This document shows positions 59,095 through 64,000 of a DNA stretch of 64,000 bases, piece by piece. Numbering within the stretch: position 1 is the stretch's first letter; each line of letters starts with the position of its first letter. The position numbers and the translations under genes are program-made. Origin of the DNA: Eledone cirrhosa (lineage: Eukaryota); assembly GCA_964016885.1 (NCBI GenBank), contig OZ024743.1:292082001-292146000 (forward strand), read 5' to 3'. Below the pieces are notes generated by a model. That model saw only the letters and a program-made list of their open reading frames with translations, did not search any database and was not told the origin of the DNA.

Positions 59095-60760
59095 TCAAAA
59101 CACTAATCATAGACTTCATCGGGGAGGCTTAATAAGGAGATCCCTCTGTAATTGGAAGAATCTCTCTTGTCTCCCTTTTTGAAAATTGGGATTATCACTC
59201 CCGATTGCGATTGCTTGGGTGCCATTCCATGGATCCAAGCCACCCGGCTCACATGAGTCAGCCAGAAAATATCTTCTCTATTTAAGCCTTTTAATATTTC
59301 GAGCCGGATTTCATCTTTCTCAGTGAACTTGCCATATTTGAACAGTTTAACTACACCTGTGACCACAGCCTCTGAGATGCACATGTGCATCATGAGTATT
59401 CAGCTCTCTGAAGAGAGGAGAACCCCAGGCGCGTTCCTGATAGCAGGTGTGGATGAGGGCTTCTTATTACGAAGTCGGGGATGGTCCTCGAGAACACTTT
59501 AATGATTAATCTATAGTCGGATTCCAGCTTAACCCCAAAGTCCACCGATGATTTAAATTTGGATGCCTTTACTGTCGTTGAGATTCTTACTGCCTGTACC
59601 GCAAGTGCAATAATTAGGAGGGCTTATTTCAAAGCCAAGTTTGTAGGCCTCCTTCTTTGCTCAATTGGCATCTTTGACCTCTTGATTGAACCAAGTTCTT
59701 TTCCTGCTATCCGGCGTCAGACAAAGTCTCTTTCACCTGCAGCATTTTACAGCTGAAGCAGAAACATCTGCGCTCAACAATCTCCACTCATTTTGCACAC
59801 GGAGTTCTCTGAATTTGGATGCAATAGTATCTTCATACATGGTTATGATTTCCTTATCCACCTGTGCTTCCCACATTATTCTAAAGGTTACCTGTCAGTT
59901 TTGTGGGATTCTTTGGATTTAGGCTGTCTCGAGTTGCAGATATGTAGATGGCGATCAGTTGACAGTTCAGTCCCGCTTTTAACTCAGACACCCAGCACAG
60001 AATCATTTAGATCAGAGACAATAATAAAATCAATTATTGATCTCTGTCCCTGATTCACATTATACCATGTATATTTATGGGTGTCTCTATGCTGGAGGAA
60101 GGTGTTCATAATATAGAGTCCATTGCTAGAACAGAAGTATTGTACGGCCTATCCATTCGTATGCAACTCGGAGCCACCATTCCTTCCAATTACTCCATTC
60201 AATGCCAGGTGGTCAGTGCAAATATGTGCATTGAAGTCTTATATCAAGATATATTACTCAGTCTTAACTACATCTAACGCTGCAGTGACTTCATCAAAGG
60301 AGGGCTTGTATTCGGATACCTTGTTTGGTGCATAAACTTGCACAACATATAGACATCTATCTTTCAACCCATGCTTCAAGAGGAAAATCTCCCCTCCTAA
60401 CGGGATCCAGTCCATAACACATTCTGACAGCCAGGGCTTGCGAGTTTCCCCACTCCCACGTGTGCAGTCATTTCTGGTACCACACCTGAATAGTGGTACT
60501 TCCATCCTCCATTCAAATCTACAGTAACAGAGCCATGGCACTTTGTTGAGGAAACCCCGACTATATCTAGATGGTAGCATCTTGCCTCCTCCACTAGTTC
60601 CTGCTCATAACCTATCAGGCTTGTGATGTTTCAGATCTCATTATTTGCTCCCTTCTTGACCCTCTTTGGGATCTCGGGTTACGCAATCTTTGTGCGTCCA
60701 TCCCACGCCTCTCAGGACAGGTCACAGGCACATCACCAGTTTTTGCCGCAGGAAATGAAA
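59095..60760 (-). pseudogene. Degraded RTE-clade LINE (endonuclease and RT N-terminus)
   Basis: YHLDIVGVSSTK..GGWKYHYSGV, VVQVYAPN, IIPIFKKGDKRDSSNYRGISLLSLP. Confidence 0.85.
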
Positions 60761-60940
60761 ACCGCAATATAGTTTTCGAACATGCCTTTCTACATATGCC
60801 TGAACACGTCTCTTATTAACATACGCGAAGTCTAGGCATCCTTTACCCAACTTGTCAACATTTTTCCGGACAACTATAAGCCAAACACATACTATGAATC
60901 GGCCGCCGCGTGCATGTTCTCCAATTTTATTTAAATTTTA

Positions 60941-61095
60941 AGTAATATTAGTATTAAATTCCAGTGCATCTGCATTCACTTACATTGCATTCCAAAGATT
61001 TTCCTGGTGTAAGTGAAGAGCCAAGAGAAAGATTACATGGAGATTAAAATGGAAGCAATAGAAGAGAGATACATGGTGAAATGAGATATAAATGG
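60941..61095 (+). pseudogene. Chapaev/CMC-like transposase C-terminal remnant
   Basis: SNISIKFQCICIHLHCIPKI..GVSEEPRERLHGD..IEERY resembles NMSIKLHFLHSHLD.FP..GAVSEEQGERFHQDI..MEERYQG (recalled consensus). Confidence 0.45.
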
Positions 61096-61471
61096 TGGTA
61101 TATTACTACTGGAATCTTCAGGTGAACTGTTATGGTAAGTCATACTCTCGGATATTCTACAAAAGAAGCTTTATAAGTTGAATAATTAATTACTTATTTT
61201 CTTCATTGTTTTGCTTTTACTTACCATTATTATAGATTTTTATGCAATAAGACATTTATATTCAAATAATCTGATTCATAAAAATGTAGCCGTTTTAAAA
61301 TAATATATAAATGTCATTAGTAATTTCGATTCCAAACTCTAGCTTAATGAATTAAAGCTTATATAATTAAACCAATCCCATTTTAGTAATCAGTGGCCCA
61401 ATTATTATAGAATAAAGATGTACGTGGAATTCCTAATTTCAGCGAAGATTTGGATACATCGATTTGGATAC

Positions 61472-61650
61472 TACGACGTTCGACTGAAAGATTCATAGAC
61501 TGAAAAGTTCATAGGCTGACCGAGATACTCTCAGGAAATTATCAAATGAGGTTTCTTTTTCAACATAGTCCCTGGAAAGAAACAACGCAGTTTTGAATAA
61601 GAAGAGTTGAAATCAATACACGCAAGATTTCACAGCCCTAGCATCACTGT
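61472..61650 (+). mobile_element. Mariner-type MITE, one TIR
   Basis: tacgacgttcgactgaaa..aagttcataggctgaccgagatactctca, homologous to 54386-54540. Confidence 0.6.
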
Positions 61651-61942
61651 TTGTTGACCGAATTGGAAAAGGTGATTGTATATTCGAAATGTCCAGCCCA
61701 AATATACGGAAGAATATTTCGAATCTTCTGCTTGTTTGAAAAAACATTTTTGGTAGTCAATAACATCCTCTATAGTTGATAATCTCTTGTTCATGGTTTA
61801 AGAATACCTAATTTTGTTAACATTCGACAGTGAGATTTAACATTTAGAAAATGTATGCGTGTATACATAAAAATTTACCAAAATCAAGAGGCGGTATTGA
61901 AAACGTAGAGGATTACTGCAGTATATGTAGTGTGGTAAATAA

Positions 61943-62003
<61 letters not shown>

Positions 62004-62054
62004 GGAAAGTAATAAATCGGAGAATAGACCGTTAAAACATGTTTATTTAAAACA

Positions 62055-62095
62055 GCATCTACGTACGTTTCGCCCAGTTGGGCTTCGCAAGGGCA
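62055..62095 (-). ncRNA. Degenerate hammerhead-like motif
   Basis: CTTGCGA-A-GCCC-AACT-GGGC-GAAA-CGTACG-TA; core damaged, palindromic stem III. Confidence 0.35.
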
Positions 62096-62306
62096 TAAAT
62101 AACCAAAAGTTACTTTCCCACGTGCTTACGCTCTGCTAACTCTCTAGCCCATTAAATATTAACACTTCGAATATTTAATACTGCCGGCACTAGTATCGAG
62201 CACCTTTGGCATACGCTACTTGACAAATAACAATGTGTATCACCTATCCTCCCTTTTTTTTCTCTCTCTCTTGATACGTAAATACTATATATATATATAT
62301 ATATAT

Positions 62307-62987
62307 AAGTAAGTTAATTTTATAATTTTCTTATCTTACGTCTCTTATATTATTGTTCTGCAACCCCATGCATTGAACCACAATGTTATTAAGACAAAAC
62401 CTATATATTTGCTGGCATCGATATGCATTTGTATGTATATATATGTTACTAGATATAAATTCTTTATTATTATCTCCAAAATATTTGTCGAGCAATACTG
62501 GCCATGACTGCTGCTACGGTAGCAGGCTAGCCGCTGTCTTATTAACAACCCACTTTCCACCGATTGACCTCGATGTCACGTGTTCGATTCTTTTTGAATT
62601 TGCCACAGACACAGAGGCAGTGATTTTCTCAATAGCTAGGAAGTAAGTCCACGCTTTGCTATTTCCTATTCACTGATTTATTTTTAATAAGCTTCCAGTG
62701 TCCTCGCTTTGCCTGGAACTTATATGAGAATTGACTTTCCTGATGACGGGATGTTTCTCCACACCTTCTTCGGAAGATGTATCTACTCCATTCCAGAAAC
62801 TAATTAGTTGGAAGTGATATTTTAGAAAGTAAGTTAATTTGATAATTTTCTTATCTTACGTCTCTTATATTATTGTTCTGCAACCCCATGCATTGAACCA
62901 CAATGTTATTAAGACAAAACCTATATATTTGCTGGCATCGATATGCATTTGTATGTATATATATGTTACTAGATATAAATTCTTTAT

Positions 62988-62990
<3 letters not shown>
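62307..62990 (+). mobile_element. Non-coding HHR element with 164-bp terminal redundancy (520-nt period), retrozyme-like
   Basis: 62307-62470 = 62827-62990 (one visible mismatch); (TA)n on both sides; contains HHR. Confidence 0.8.
62734..62815 (+). ncRNA. Type I hammerhead with extended stem II
   Basis: ACTTTC-CTGATGA-C-GGGATG-[insert with CTTC-TTCG-GAAG hairpin]-CATTCC-A-GAAA-CTAATTAG-TT-GGAAGT; GUU site at 62809. Confidence 0.75.
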
Positions 62991-63025
<35 letters not shown>

Positions 63026-63104
63026 AGGTCCAAACACAAGGGAGACAAACTCACACTCTCACTGCCTCCATCTCTCCGGCTCTCGGCATCTCTCACTATT
63101 ATAA

Positions 63105-63460
63105 GTGAATGTGAGCCCACGTGCTGGCCACTCCGCGGCCCCGATGGACAGAATAAAGTAGGCGTTTACCCGGAAGTAGTTCACGGAGACGCACTGGAAG
63201 AGTCATTCCAGGTCGCGAGGCTTACACTGGCGGGAAGCCAGCTCCAGGTCGACGGTGGTAAGTAGGGAGGTGGTCCTTGGGTCAATGACACCAGAAATAT
63301 CCACCGCCACGGGCTCAAACGTAGAACAAACCATATTTGGAGAGTTTACCTGCCTCAGCCCGAAGTGCAGCGGAGCCTAGTTTAGTCGCAGAATGCACCA
63401 GCTTGCCACTGGAGAAAGCGTCGCTACATGTGTCATCCAAGATGGGGTGTTTACCACTGT
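63105..63460 (-). pseudogene. CRE-clade restriction-like endonuclease fragment
   Basis: GKHPILDDTCSDAFSSGKLVHSATKLGSAALRAEAGKLSKY..FEPVAVDISGV aligns with 39560-39740. Confidence 0.75.
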
Positions 63461-64000
63461 ACATATATGCATATATATACATATGGCAGAACGGAATCCC
63501 TGTTGATGAAATGAATCCACTATTCGATCATGGAATACCACGAGCATGCCAGTTACGTAAGTTGGATAACTAATTTCGGATTTCATAGAAACACTTTAAA
63601 CGCATGTCGTTTGATTTTTCCAGGTGTATCTTTTTAACCTGTTAGTTCTTTCGTTACTTTGGTATTGCCTACCGCAATGTTGAATTTGTCAAGTTATTTA
63701 AACGTATGTTATTACTCTCAGGACCCTACCCTTATTGAATGCTTTGCTAACTCATTCCTATTGTAGGTCGACTTTGCTTTCCCACAGCCAAAGCTTCGAT
63801 TTTACTCAGCTTCCACTTGTATATATATATATTTATATATATATATGTATTACAAAGTGAGGTTTTTTACAAAATGGAAAATAAGCGAGGTGTCCTACAC
63901 GAGTGAAAGTATAAAGGAAAAAATATGAAATCGAAAATGCAACAGGAGTCTTATTTTTAAAAACATATATATATTTATTTGGTTCCTTTACCGGTTCGCA

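Overview
AT-rich, microsatellite-saturated animal genomic DNA with no confidently identifiable host gene. The SINE types and repeat load suggest a cephalopod (octopus-like) genome; this is an inference. Nearly all long ORFs in the track are translations of (TA)n/(CA)n/(GTA)n repeats. The real coding content is decayed transposable elements: two Penelope-like elements (PLEs; RT + C-terminal GIY-YIG), one of them a 6.5 kb head-to-head palindrome; two tandem L1/Tx1-clade LINEs embedded in (GATA)n; CRE-clade, RTE-clade and Chapaev-like fragments; tRNA-derived SINEs; non-autonomous Helitrons; and mariner MITEs. The most notable signal is about 19 type I hammerhead ribozyme (HHR) motifs, intact or degenerate, from about 9 different sequence families, almost all in elements abutting (TA)n tracts. 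They include a tandem family with a compensatory U3-A8 core and covarying stems, a dispersed family with a fixed U4A core, and a 684-bp non-coding element whose 520-nt period looks like a reverse-transcribed circular RNA (retrozyme-like). All alignments and folds were done by eye, and coordinates of degenerate element ends are approximate.
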